Counted from the stretch's first letter, positions 13,461 to 25,129 are shown. The stretch is 41,320 nucleotides of DNA from Chiloscyllium plagiosum (GCF_004010195.1 NC_057718.1:104587302-104628621); one strand, 5' to 3'. A program made the numbers and translations. The notes: generated from the letters alone by a model not told the origin.

Positions 13461-14461
13461 ATCATAGAGATGTACAGCATGGAAACAAACCCCTCGGTCC
13501 AACCCGTCCATGCCGACCAGATGTCCCAACCCAATCGAGTCCCACCTGCCAGCACCCGGCCCTTATCCCTCCAAACTCTTCCTATTCATCCAACTTCCTC
13601 TAAAATGTTGCAGTTGTACCAGCCTCCACCACTTCCTCTGGCAGCTCATTCCATACACGTACCACCCTCTGTGAAAACGTTGCCCTGCAGGTCTCTATGC
13701 CCTCTAGTTCTGGACTCCCTGACCTCAGGGAAAAGACTTTGCCTATTTACCCTATCCATGCCCCTCATAATTTTGTAAACCTCTGTAAGGTCACCCCTCA
13801 GCCTCTGACGCTCCAGGGAAAACAGCCCCAGCCTGTTCAGCCTCTCCCTGTAGCTCAAATCCTCCAACCCTGGCAACATCCTTGTAAATCTTTTCTGAAC
13901 CCTTTCAAGTTTCACAACATCTTTCTGATAGGAAGACCAGAATTCCACACAATAGTCCAACAGTGGCCTAACCAATGTCCCGTACAGCCGCAACATGACT
14001 TCCCAACTCCTGCACTCAATACTCTGACCAATAAAGGAGAGCATACCAAACGCCGCCTTCACTATCCTATCTACCTGCGACTCCANNNNNNNNNNNNNNN
14101 NNNNNNNNNNNNNNNNNNNNNNNNNNNNNNNNNNNNNNNNNNNNNNNNNNNNNNNNNNNNNNNNNNNNNNNNNNNNNNNNNNNNNNNNNNNNNNNNNNNN
14201 NNNNNNNNNNNNNNNNNNNNNNNNNNTGGCACTCCACTGGTCACAGGCCTCCAGTCTGAAAAACAACCCTCCACCACCACCTTCTGTCTTCTACCTTTGA
14301 GCCAGTTCTGTATCCAAATAGCTAGTTCTCCCTGTATTCCGTGAGATCTAACCTTGCTAACCAGTGTCCCATGGGGAACCTTGTGAAACGCCTTACTGAA
14401 GTCCATATAGATCACATCTACCGCTCTGTCCTCATCAATCGTCTTTGTTACTTCCTCAAAA
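13461..14461 (-). mobile_element. CR1 LINE RT and 3' end (spans gap 14086-14225)
   Basis: [52 protein letters not shown]. Confidence 0.93.
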
Positions 14462-14765
14462 AATATGGCAGTCTATTCCTTTTGAAGGTAAACAGCATTT
14501 TTAAAACAGCTGTAACCATTATTAACACTGAGTGCACTTTTAGGTCCTATCTTTGCAGAGAGGTACTTCATAATTTCTTAACATGTTTCCAAAATGCAAC
14601 CCAGTTCTGGGTTTGAATAGATATTACAGTCCAGATGGGTGAAGCCACGAAACCATAACACTGAGAACAATTCAGATTGATTGTTAATCGACAGCAAGGT
14701 GGTGGTTTCATTCTGGTCACACTGTACTTCACAATATCAAGCTTGAATATTCTGTTAATTTCCAG

Positions 14766-14861
14766 GATGATACGTACACAGAAAGTTATATCAGTACAAT
14801 CGGTGTGGACTTCAAAATCAGAACTATAGAGTTAGACGGCAAGACTATCAAACTTCAAATT
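14766..14861 (+). CDS. RAB1A: Rab1A coding exon 3 (96 nt)
   Basis: tttccag / [38 protein letters not shown] (switch I, IGVDF); phase 0 at both ends. Confidence 0.97.
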
Positions 14862-15119
14862 GTAAGTATCTCTAAATGCTGCAGAATTTAAATAATGAAA
14901 TTGCTAGAATCCAGGTAAAATATTTCTAATGTGCTATTTCATGATTTTTAAATGAAAACACAAAACAAATTTGGAAAACTGACTCATGTTTTAGTGTTAC
15001 AGGAGGTGATAGCATAGTAGTATTGAGACTAAAATAGCAATCCAGATCCCCTGGCTAATGTTTTGGGGACGTCCATTCAAATCCTATCATTTCCTATCAA
15101 TTCCTGCAGTACTGGTATC

Positions 15120-16455
15120 TGCTGAACAATGTGGGAAGTTTCCCAAGCAAGTCCCACACAAAGCAGAACAAATCAAATCCAGTAAATTACCACCCCATCA
15201 GTCTACACCGCATCAGTAAAGTGATGGAATGTGGCATCAGTAGTGCTGTCGAATAGCACCTGCTCAGTGACACCCAGTTTGAGTTCCGCCAGGACCCCTC
15301 AACTCCTGACCTCATTACAGCCTTGGTTCAAACATGGACTAAAGAGTTGAACTCCAGAGGTGAGAGTGATAGCCCTTGATATCAAGACCACTTTTGATGG
15401 AACCCCAGCAAATCTGGTGGGGATGGGGATCTGAGTGGTAGGGAGTCATATTCTGCACTGGTTGTAATTGTACCTGGCACATAGGAAAATGGTTGTGGTT
15501 GTTGGAGGTCAATTATCTCAGCTCCGAGACACCTCTGCATGCATCCCTCAGGATAGTGTCCCAGACCCAGTCATCATCAGCTGCTTCATCAATGGCCTCC
15601 CCTCCATCAGGTCAGAAGTGGAAATATCTGCTGATAATTGCACCATGCTCAGCATCATCACACTCCTAAGATGCTGAAACAGTCCATGTCCAAATGCTGC
15701 AAAGCCTGAATAAAATCCAGGCTTGGACTGGCAAGTGGGGGAGTAGTATTTGTGCCACAGATGTCTGCCAGTGATTAGCTTCCATAAGGAACATCTATGT
15801 ACTGCCCCTTGACAATCAATGGCATCACCATCACTGATCTCCCTGACTCTCAACATTCCGGGGGTTACCAGTGACCAGACTGGACCCAGCCGTGTAAATG
15901 CAGGGGATGCAGGAGCATGTCATAGGCTAGAAATACTGCAGCTAGTAACTCTCACCTGACTCCCCAAAGCCTGTCAACCATCGTCAAATCAGCAGTGTGA
16001 TGGAATACTCCCCACTTGCCTGGTGGATACTACTCTCCCACAGCACCCATCCAGGATAAAACAGCCTACTCGATTGGCACCACATCCGCAAACATCCACT
16101 CCCTCCACCACCAATGCTCAGAAGCAGCAACAGTGTGTATTATCTATAAGATGCACTGCAGAAATTCACCAAAGATTCTCAGACAGCACCTTCCAACTCA
16201 CAACCACTTCCATTGAGAAGGACAAGGGCAGCAGATACATAGGACCACCACCATCTTCAAGCTACTTGCCAAACTGACTTGGAAACATATGGCTGTCCTT
16301 TCAGTGTTCCTGGGTTGAAATTCTGGGAATTCCCTCTCTAAAGGTACATGGACTGTGGCGGTTCATGAAGGCACCTTGCCACCACCACCTCAAGGGCATC
16401 TGGGGATGGGCAATAAAAGCTTGCCTGGTCTGTGAGACCCACATCCCACATGTGA
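15120..16455 (+). mobile_element. Old non-LTR retrotransposon RT fragment (CR1/L2-group, distinct family)
   Basis: NPVNYHPISL, QFEFRQD, ALDIKTTFD, IPQDSV, SADNCT remnants; tail GGGATGGGCAATAAA...CCCACATCCC. Confidence 0.75.
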
Positions 16456-16561
16456 GTTTCTTTTTAAACACAACGTGCATGGGCAATAATAGCTGGCATC
16501 CACTTCAGAATAATTATTGTTTAAGATTCTGACCCATTAGCTGCGATGATTTCAACTCTGA

Positions 16562-16696
<135 letters not shown>

Positions 16697-16786
16697 TAAA
16701 ACTACACAGTGAAAGCATGTTGGTCAGATGTAGTTATATCATTAAAACTCAATCTGCTCATGGAAAATGAGCTCTTGACGTCAGGC

Positions 16787-17620
16787 ATAGTTACCTCCTT
16801 ACAACAGGACCTTGATCTGATGAGCCAGTGAGCTGACGAGTGGCAGGTGGAGTTTAATTTAGATAAATGTGAGGTGCTGCATTTTGGAAAGGCAAATTTT
16901 AGCAGGACTTAATGGTGAGGTCCTAGGGAGTGTTGCTGAACAAAGAGACCTTGGAGTGCAGGTTCATAGCTCCTCGAAAGTAGAGTTGCAGGTAGATAGG
17001 ATAGTGAAGAAGGCGTTTGGTATGCTTTCCGTTATTGGTCAGAGCATTGAGTACAGGGGTTCGGAGGTTATATTGCAGCTATATTGGATATTGGTACGGC
17101 CATTTTAGAATATTGCATGAATTCTGGTCTTCCTGCTATAGGAAGGATGTTCTGAAACTTGAAAGGGTTCCGAAAAGATATACAAGGATGTTGCCAGGGT
17201 TGGAGAGTTTGTGCTATCAGGGAAGGCTGAGGCTATTTTCCCTAGAGCTTCAGAGGCTGAGGAGTGACCTTATTGAAGTTTATAAAATCATGAGAGGCAT
17301 GACTAAGATAAATAGACAAGTCTTTTCTCCAGAATGGAGAGACCAGAACTAGAGGGCATCAGTTTAAGGTGAGAGGGGAAAGATATAAAAAGGATCTAAG
17401 GGGCAACTTTTTCACAGGGTGGTGTGTGTATGGAATGAGTTGCCAGAGGAAGTCGTGGAGGCTGGTACAATTACAGCACTTAAAAAGGCATCGTATATGA
17501 ATAGGGAGGGTTTAGTGTTATGGACCAAATGCTAGAGAAATGACACTAGATTAATTTAAGCTATCTGGTCAGCATGGATGAGTTGGACTGAAGGGTCTGT
17601 TCCTGTGCTGTACAGCTCTT
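16787..17620 (+). mobile_element. CR1 LINE 3' portion
   Basis: EQRDLGVQVHSS, VKKAFGML, LRSDLIEVYKIMRG and the CR1 tail. Confidence 0.92.
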
Positions 17621-19370
17621 ATGCAAAAGGTTGTCTAGGTAGATAGAGACAGAGGATTGTATCTGTTGTCTTCAGTCCCACCACTCCCCTGCTTCATTTT
17701 AATTGTCTGATTTAAGCTTCTTTGCATTCTTTATAAAGTACCAGTCAGTCTATTTTAGTACCTTTGGGCATAGGTTTTCTTTTCCTGGGTGAGTTAAAGA
17801 GCTGAATATTGTACAACATAGACTGGGGATCTTGCAATTACAATCAAAACAAAAATATGTGCATATTAAGTGAATGAAATTGACCCATGAAATGCGCTAA
17901 TATAAGTGTTGAATATAATTAACTTTTGGTCATTTCAATCATACAAATGTAGAACTGATAAACACACTGGAAAACGTGAAAGCATATTAGGCAGATACAG
18001 TTACATCATTAAAACCAAAACTGTTCATGAAAATGATGTCGGCCAGTGGTTAAATGTTGTAGCACTCCCTGTTGACTTCAGTGGATAAATAGACAAGGTG
18101 GACAAATGTGGATGATCATATCTTGATTCTAATCTGTGTATAGTGAACAGGTCTCACTCAACACCAGTGGAGTCATTGCAGTTTGTCTGAATCTTTCTGG
18201 AGCAAGAGATTTCAATGGATAAAACTTCTTCCTGTTTGATTTCTACACCTTGGCCTGATCACTGATGCATGTACCACTTGAACCAAAATGTAAATTTAAA
18301 TCCCACTTCAGGTTTTGAGAATAACATCTCAATTGACATTCAAGGACACAGTTGATGCACTAAACTAAGTCTGTCTGGTTTGCTGAATGAAACAGGTCCC
18401 TTCAAAAAACTGGGAGAAAGTGAGGACTGCAGATGCTGGAGTACCAGAGTTAGAAAAATGTGGTGCTAGAGAAACAAAGGCCAGGCAGCATCCGAGGAGC
18501 AGGAGAATCGACGTTTTGGGCATAAGCCCTTCATCAGGAATGACTTAAATCTATATCCACTGGTAATTGAGCCCTCCATCTAGGGGAAAGGTTACTCTTG
18601 TCTACCCTATCAATGCCACTTATATTTTTATACTTTTCAATCTTGTGACTTCTCAATCCTCTCTGCTCTGATTAAAAACAACCCCAGTGTTTTTTCATAA
18701 CTAAAGCTCTCCAGCCTTGGCAACATCCTGGTAAATCTCTGCACCATCCTTTTCAAGACCAGCTAGGGATGGGTGATAAATGCTGACCAGCCAATGACAA
18801 CCATGTCCCACAAGGAGAGTTTTTTTTAAAATAGGCCTGAGTTTGCCACGCTCAGACATGAAAAGTTGCCAGGTGACCTCAGATTATTCCAGAAGGGTAA
18901 GATATTTCAGATGTGTAAGTAACTAGCAGTTTCATACTGCTGCTATGCACCGGGAATACAAGTGGTGTTTGCTACTTAGGGTGCTGCCGTCAAGTCAAAA
19001 AAACCTCCTGCCTACCAAACAAATAAGTAGTGTGTATGAGTATTAGTGTTGGTGTAGGCTGAATGTCCCAGAGTCAGACAGATCACATGAGACAATGTGT
19101 TCCTTCACTTTTCACAATAGCCAAGGTACTAATCACACTCCAGTCAGACTTTGCAAACCTGAAACACTGAATTTTATTACATTAATTCCTGGAATGGCAG
19201 GTTGTCTTATGAGGAAAGGTTCGATAAGCTTGACTTGTACCTCCTGGAAGTTACTGGAGTAAAAGACAATTTGGTTTAAGCGTATAAAATCTTGAGGAGC
19301 CTTGGCAGGATAAATTTAGAAAGAACGCTCCCTCTTATGGAAAATTCTAAAACTATGGGTTATTGGTCAC

Positions 19371-19465
19371 TTCTGAGGAAAGGTCACTGGACTTGAAATG
19401 TTAACTCTGATTTCTCCCACAAATGCTGTCAGACCTGCTGAGTTTTTCCAGCAATTTCTGTTGTT
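19371..19465 (+). mobile_element. Another Penelope-type terminal repeat with a hammerhead-like motif
   Basis: TT-CTGAGGA-A-AGGTC-ACTG-GACTT-GAAA-TG-TT-AA, followed by ATGCTGTCAGACCTGCTGAGTTTTTCCAGCAATTTC. Related copies at 29410-29660 and 35755-35850. Confidence 0.55.
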
Positions 19466-19851
19466 AAAACAGATAAGGTGATTTTTTTATTTCTCTGAGT
19501 GTTGTGGGTCTTTGGAACTCCTTAACCTGAAAGCAGATTTCTTGAATAATTTTAAAGTAGATAGTGTTCCACGACCTGTTTAATCAGAATCTATCAGGAT
19601 CGAGTGCTGAATGACCAACTCCTAATTCATATGTTTGTAATGTAACTGTTAGTTGTAATTTTGTGATTGGATAGTATTTGCTAACTGCATCTTCAGCTGC
19701 TTCACCAATGACCTTCCTTCCGTCATAAAGTCAAAAGTGGGAATGTTCATCGGTGATTGCACAATGTTCACCATTTGCGACTTCTCAGATACTGAAACAA
19801 TCCATGTTCAAATACAACAAGATCTGGACAATATCCAGACTTGGGCTGACA

Positions 19852-20600
19852 CTCCTTCTTCAAAGACCGCAATTTCCCCTCAGACGTGGTTGACGATGCT
19901 CTCCACCGCATCTCCTCCACTTCCTGCTCCTCCGCCCTTGAACCCCACCCCTCCAATCGCCACCAGGACAGAACCCCACTGGTCCTCACCTTCCACTCCA
20001 CTACCCTCCAGATACATCGCATCATCCTCCGTCATTTCTGCCACCTTCAAAATGACCCCACCACCAGGGATATATTTCCCTCCCCACCCCAATCAGCATT
20101 CCGGAGAGACCAATCCCTCCGCGACTCCCTCGTCAGGTCCACACCCTCCACCGACCCAACCTCCACTCCCAGCACCATCCCCTGCAACCACAAGAAATGC
20201 AAAACTTGCGCCCACACCTCCCCCCTCACCTCCCTCCAAGGCCCCAAAGGTAGGAGGTGCAAAACTTGCGCCCACACCTCCCCCCTCACCTCCCTCCAAG
20301 GCCCCAATGGATCCTTCCATATCCGTCCCAAATTCACCTGCACCTCCACACACATCACTTACTGTATCCGCTGCACCCGATGTGGTCTCCGCTACATTGG
20401 GGAGACAGGCCGCCTACTTGCGGAACGTTTCAGGGAACACCTCTGGGACACCCGGACCAACCAACCCAACTGCCCCGTGGCTGAACACTTTAACTCCCCT
20501 TCCCACTCTGCCGAGGACATGCAGGTGCTTGGCCTCCTCCATCGCCAGACCCTGACCACACGACACCCCGGAGGAAGAGTGCCTCATCTTCCGCCTAGGA
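19852..20600 (+). mobile_element. Penelope-like element ORF 3' fragment (linker plus GIY-YIG endonuclease), truncated and frameshifted
   Basis: SFFKDRNFP...PLVLTFH...AFRRDQSLRDSLVRS...PC-C-CKTC...TCTSTHITYCIRCTRCGLRYIGETGRLLAERFREH...VAEHFNSPSH. Frameshift near 20565 before EEECLIFRLG. Confidence 0.9.
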
Positions 20601-21057
20601 ATTATGCCCGAAACATCGATTCTCCTGCTCCTCAGATGCTGCCTGGCCTGCTGTGTTTTTTCAGCATCACATTTTTCAACCCTTCAAAAAACTGCTCTGC
20701 TAACCAAACATTCCCCTCTTCTAAAACAACACATTAGCTGAACAGTCATATCTTAAAGTAGATGTGGTTTGGTTTTGGGTAATTCTTTGCACCAGATGTG
20801 TCTCTTTGTGAAAAGAGACAACTCCATTAGATCTTTTACCTTTTTGATCTGAGCATTTTTGGTCTTTTTGGCTTTTCTTTAAATGAGATTTGGGTTGCGA
20901 ATCAAAAAGTGCGACCAGTGGAAGTAAACCTCCATCGACATTCTCTTTCAGGATGGAATCTCTGGTCAGGGTTTGTGAACCTGCTCCTGAATGTACCTTT
21001 GGGACGATGAGGAAGAGACGGCTACCTTTTCAAACTATTTTTGTTTCTTTCCTCCAG

Positions 21058-21189
21058 GAGTCCTTCAACAATGTAAAGCAGTGGCTTCAGGAGATAGATC
21101 GTTATGCCAGTGAAAATGTTAACAAGTTATTGGTAGGGAACAAATGTGACCTGACAACAAAGAAAGTAGTGGACTATACAACAGCAAAG
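21058..21189 (+). CDS. RAB1A: Rab1A coding exon 5 (132 nt)
   Basis: ctttcctccag / [50 protein letters not shown] (NKCD G4 box). ESFNNV and VDYTT are RAB1A-type rather than RAB1B-type residues. Confidence 0.97.
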
Positions 21190-21444
21190 GTATGTTGTGA
21201 AAAGTCAGTCTCTGATGTTCTTGAACTTAAGGCCAGCATTTCATTGCATTTTCCTGAAAAGTTAGTAGTGAGGGAAGTATTTGAATTCATTTCTGCAAAT
21301 ATATTGGCAGTACTAGACAATAGCAAGAAACAGGCTAACCTTTAAATACTTAAAAACTAAACTTGACTCTTTAAAAAAAGTTTATCTCTTAAAATTATTG
21401 CACTGATAATGGTTTCCACTGTTACATTTGAATAGAGATCTTAA

Positions 21445-22242
21445 GAGGTACAGTTAGTAAGTTTGCAGAAGACATCAAAATTGGAGGTGTAGTGGACAGC
21501 GAAGAGGGTTACCTCAGATTACAACAGGATCTTGACCAGATGGGCCAATGGGCTGAGAAATAGCAGATGGAGTTTAATTCATAAATGNNNNNNNNNNNNN
21601 NNNNNNNNNNNNNNNNNNNNNNNNNNNNNNNNNNNNNNNNNNNNNNNNNNNNNNNNNNNNNNNNNNNNNNNNNNNNNNNNNNNNNNNNNNNNNNNNNNNN
21701 NNNNNNNGTGCAATTCTGGTCTCCTTCCTATCAGAAAGATGTTGTGAAACTTGAAAGGGTTCAGAAAAGATTTACAAGGATGTTGCCAGGGTTGGAGGAT
21801 TTGAGCTATAGGGAGAGGCTGAACAGGCTGGGGCTGTTTTCCCTGGAGCGTTGGAGACTGAGGGGTGACCTTGTAGAGGTTTATAAAATCATGAGTATAG
21901 ATGGGGTAAATAGACAAAGTCTTTTCCCCTGGGGAAGGGGAGTCCAGAACTAGAGGGCATAGGCTTAGGGTGAGAGGAGAAAGATATAAGAGACCTAAGG
22001 GGCAACTTTTTCACGCAGAGGGTGGTACGTGTATGGAATGAGATGCCAGAGGATGTGGTGGAGGCTGGTACAATTGCAACATTTAAGAGGCATTTGGATG
22101 GGTATGTGAATAGGAAGGGTTTGGAGGGATATGGGCCGGGTGCTGGCAGGTGGGACTAGATTGGGTTGGGATATCTGGTTGGCATGGACAAGTTGCACCA
22201 AAGGGTCTGTTTCCGTGCTGTACATCTCTATGACTCTATGAC
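21445..22242 (+). mobile_element. CR1 LINE 3' portion (spans gap 21588-21706)
   Basis: SKFAEDIKIGG, VQFWSPSY, LRGDLVEVYKIM; tail CTCTATGACTCTATGA. Confidence 0.93.
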
Positions 22243-23458
22243 TTGAAGTGTAAGTCTTGCATAAAATTCAAGTGGGAGCCAGTTCAATTTTAGATTTTTA
22301 AAATTGACCTACTTGAGGTGTATATTAGATGATATTTTTGGAGTCGAGATAAACCATGGTGATCCATTCCTGGCTTTCATCCTGTTATATGCCAGCTGTA
22401 TGGTCATGATGCCAGATTTCCAGCAAGTCATTACTCATTGCGTTTGTCTGCTACCTGTGGGCTATCTGCCCACCAGTATTAGCTATAATGTATGATGTAG
22501 GCTTCTTTAAGCACTGAGGCTTAATTATGATCTTTTAAGATGCTGCTTAATTTGAACTTTCCTGCACAATTATTTTCTTTGAGATCTGTGCTGGTATCTA
22601 TATGAAGTAGAAGCAGTGTAATTGTTGAGCATTTCTGCAGTTCAAATATTTGATTATCAGCAGTGGTGTTCATGCACAAATTTCATTTGTGTAGTTTTTA
22701 AACATTGGTCTCTGAGTGGCCCAGACTTTAATCCTATAAACTTGACCTCTGCTAACCAAATCCTATTCCCCCATCACTCCTGTGTTTTCTGCAGTGCAAT
22801 GTCCCCCCGGTGCCTGTCACTGTCTCAATTTCAAAATCCTCTTCCTGCTTTACAAAAGCCCCCAGATCTATCTGCAGTCCAGTTCTGGCCTACATATTTC
22901 TGATTACAACAGTTTGCATCATTTTGGTCATGTGTTCATTTGCTTTCACTGAGGACCTCAGCATCTCTCTCATTTTAAAAGCTCCTTAAAGTCTGTCTCT
23001 TTCTGTTGTCATTTCCTTTTGTGGCTTTGTGTCAAATTATATTTTTCAGTTGAATTAATGATGCAGTTAATCTGTGTCCTGTCACCAACTCCCCTGGGTC
23101 ACTTTGATGGCTTTCGATTAAACACATCAGCTTTTGTCCATGTGTTGCTGTAATCCAATAGAAGGGGCCATTGTCTAGCTTGGATCCTAGCAATTCTGGC
23201 TAGTTTCAATATGAAACAATATTTCATAGTTATGCACACTTGGAGCTCTTGGTATTGCTAATCCGAATATCTGTTTTATTGTAATTGTGCATGTTTCATC
23301 TTGAACAATGTGCATTATCACAATTCTGTTCAGAAAGAAACTTTGTGGGTTTAGTATTTTATCTGTGGTGCCATCGTAAGGTGCAGGAGAGTTGCTGCAT
23401 TGCTATATAAACAACAGTTGTTCTTTCTGAGTAATGATTTCCTCTTATTGGTCAACAG

Positions 23459-23656
23459 GAATTTGCAGACTCCCTTGGGATTCCATTTTTGGAAACCAGT
23501 GCAAAGAATGCAACAAATGTAGAACAAGCCTTCATGACAATGGCTGCTGAGATTAAAAAGCGAATGGGTCCTGGAGCTACATCTGGTGGTTCTGAAAAGT
23601 CCAATGTAAACATCCAGAGCACACCAGTGAAGCCGTCCAGTGGGGGTTGCTGCTAA
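23459..23656 (+). CDS. RAB1A: Rab1A last coding exon, ending in the CC prenylation motif and TAA
   Basis: ggtcaacag acceptor; [65 protein letters not shown]. Confidence 0.97.
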   Translation, partial: EFADSLGIPFLETSAKNATNVEQAFMTMAAEIKKRMGPGATSGGSEKSNVNIQSTPVKPSSGGCC

Positions 23657-24785
23657 GAGCTTTCACATTCTCCTAATAAATTTAATAGGCCCAAAAGTAA
23701 GAAACGTTGCCTGAATTATACTGTATGTAGCTACACTACTACAGACTTGCCCCTTTCCCTTCCAGACACACAATTGGGGACTGAAAAGCCACTATTGGCT
23801 GAGATTTCCAACTTGAGACTAACTTCATTTTCAGAATGGTTTTAAACTTTAAAGTGTTGCCAGTCATTAATAATGTGCATAAATCTCATAACCTGTTATC
23901 AGATTTTCCTGCGGTCGGTTTATTATAGAAATTGATTTTGTTTATAATGGCATGTTTTAAATGTCAACATTGGATCTGCTCTGAAGATGAAGTTTAGCCA
24001 TTTCACATCACGCAGCATAAGTGTTTGTCATGTTCATTGACATCAATAAAGTTTAGTGAAATGTTATGTGTCAGATCTGATTTTGCAAGTACTTTCTGTG
24101 GAGATACGAGAGAATTACACTGCAGTACCTTCATATTCTCTGCATATAACTTGTGTCTGCAGGATATTGTAACTTGTTGCACATATGTAACATTAAACAA
24201 CTGAAGAAGTGTTTAATGAATGTTGTACTTTCTAGAATTACTTAGAACTAACACGGTGGCACAGAATGGTCCACAAAGCTTCACAGCCTGCGAGATAAAA
24301 GTGGGCTAAACTGCTGCAGAGCTTTAAATGTCTTAATTATTTATTCTGCATATATCTCATTTGTTGTATCTCAATGTAGATTTGGTTGTGGATGACAGTT
24401 TTCAAAATGTAGATCACTGGTTGTTATGATTCCCATTTGCCTTGGAAAATGGCTTGTATTTATAAACTGCATTTGAGAGCACAGGGACATTGCTTACTGA
24501 AGAGGTGCTCAAAACAGGTGACATTTTTACAAGTGAATTTCATTTATTTTTGTGGATTTTTAGAAACTGTACATCTGGATACTGATGGGTTGTTCTTTTC
24601 TCCAGAAAGTTCCGTAAACAGTTACAGTATATCAGGCATGCTAACTCATTTCATTTTTTAGGACTAGTCTAGGGACCCATATAATTTGAAAGGACATAAT
24701 TAAAATATTTTAAGCATGGTTAAGGGTGATTTACTTCAAATTTATTTTTACTCATTCTAAATAAAATGCTTAATGGCACTTTTTC
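23657..24785 (+). promoter_or_regulatory. RAB1A: RAB1A 3'UTR with candidate poly(A) signals
   Basis: Repeat-free AU-rich region after the stop. AATAAA at 23675, 24045 and 24760 (the last followed by a T-rich tract), ATTAAA at 24192, AATGAA at 24215. The true 3' end is not determinable. Confidence 0.7.
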
Positions 24786-25129
24786 TTCCACATTTCTTTT
24801 TATTTTGTATGTATTTATTAATTACATAGAAAACATTGAAATACATGATCTCAATGAAGTATAATCATAACAAATCAATTTCACAGAAACACTGAGACCC
24901 ACCCAGTCTTTTGGTGTTTACCCTCCACAGGAACAGGCAAATGCAATGTCCCTTCATGGCTGCTTTCTAACCTTTCCCAACTCCTACACGTCTCTGGACC
25001 TGTTCACCCTCCCATGGATTACTTTGAGATTGGAAAACTGTAGTGAGTGGAGTGTTACTGGGATTAGTGCTGAGCATTGACATGAGGGACTTGATTGACT
25101 GCATGCTAAAGTAGCAAAATGTGATGAGG

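Larger units (their letters stand above)
18413..20679. mobile_element. Composite Penelope-related insertion with inverted termini and a 15-bp target-site duplication
   Basis: CCCTTCAAAAAACTG at 18398-18412 and 20680-20694; inverted arms at ~18449-18525 and ~20602-20680. Confidence 0.75.

Noticed and set aside
19737..20555. 272-aa Pro-rich ORF and antisense Gly-rich ORFs
   Set aside because: Alternative frames of the C-rich Penelope fragment fused to a LINE piece.
20890..21345. 151-aa ORF containing Rab sequence
   Set aside because: It is RAB1A exon 5 with intronic read-through on both sides; the splice sites at 21058 and 21189 are clear.
23459..23656. Assignment as RAB1B because of EQAF and VKP
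   Set aside because: ESFNNV, VDYTT, the EKSNV tail, UTR similarity and CEP68 adjacency all point to RAB1A.
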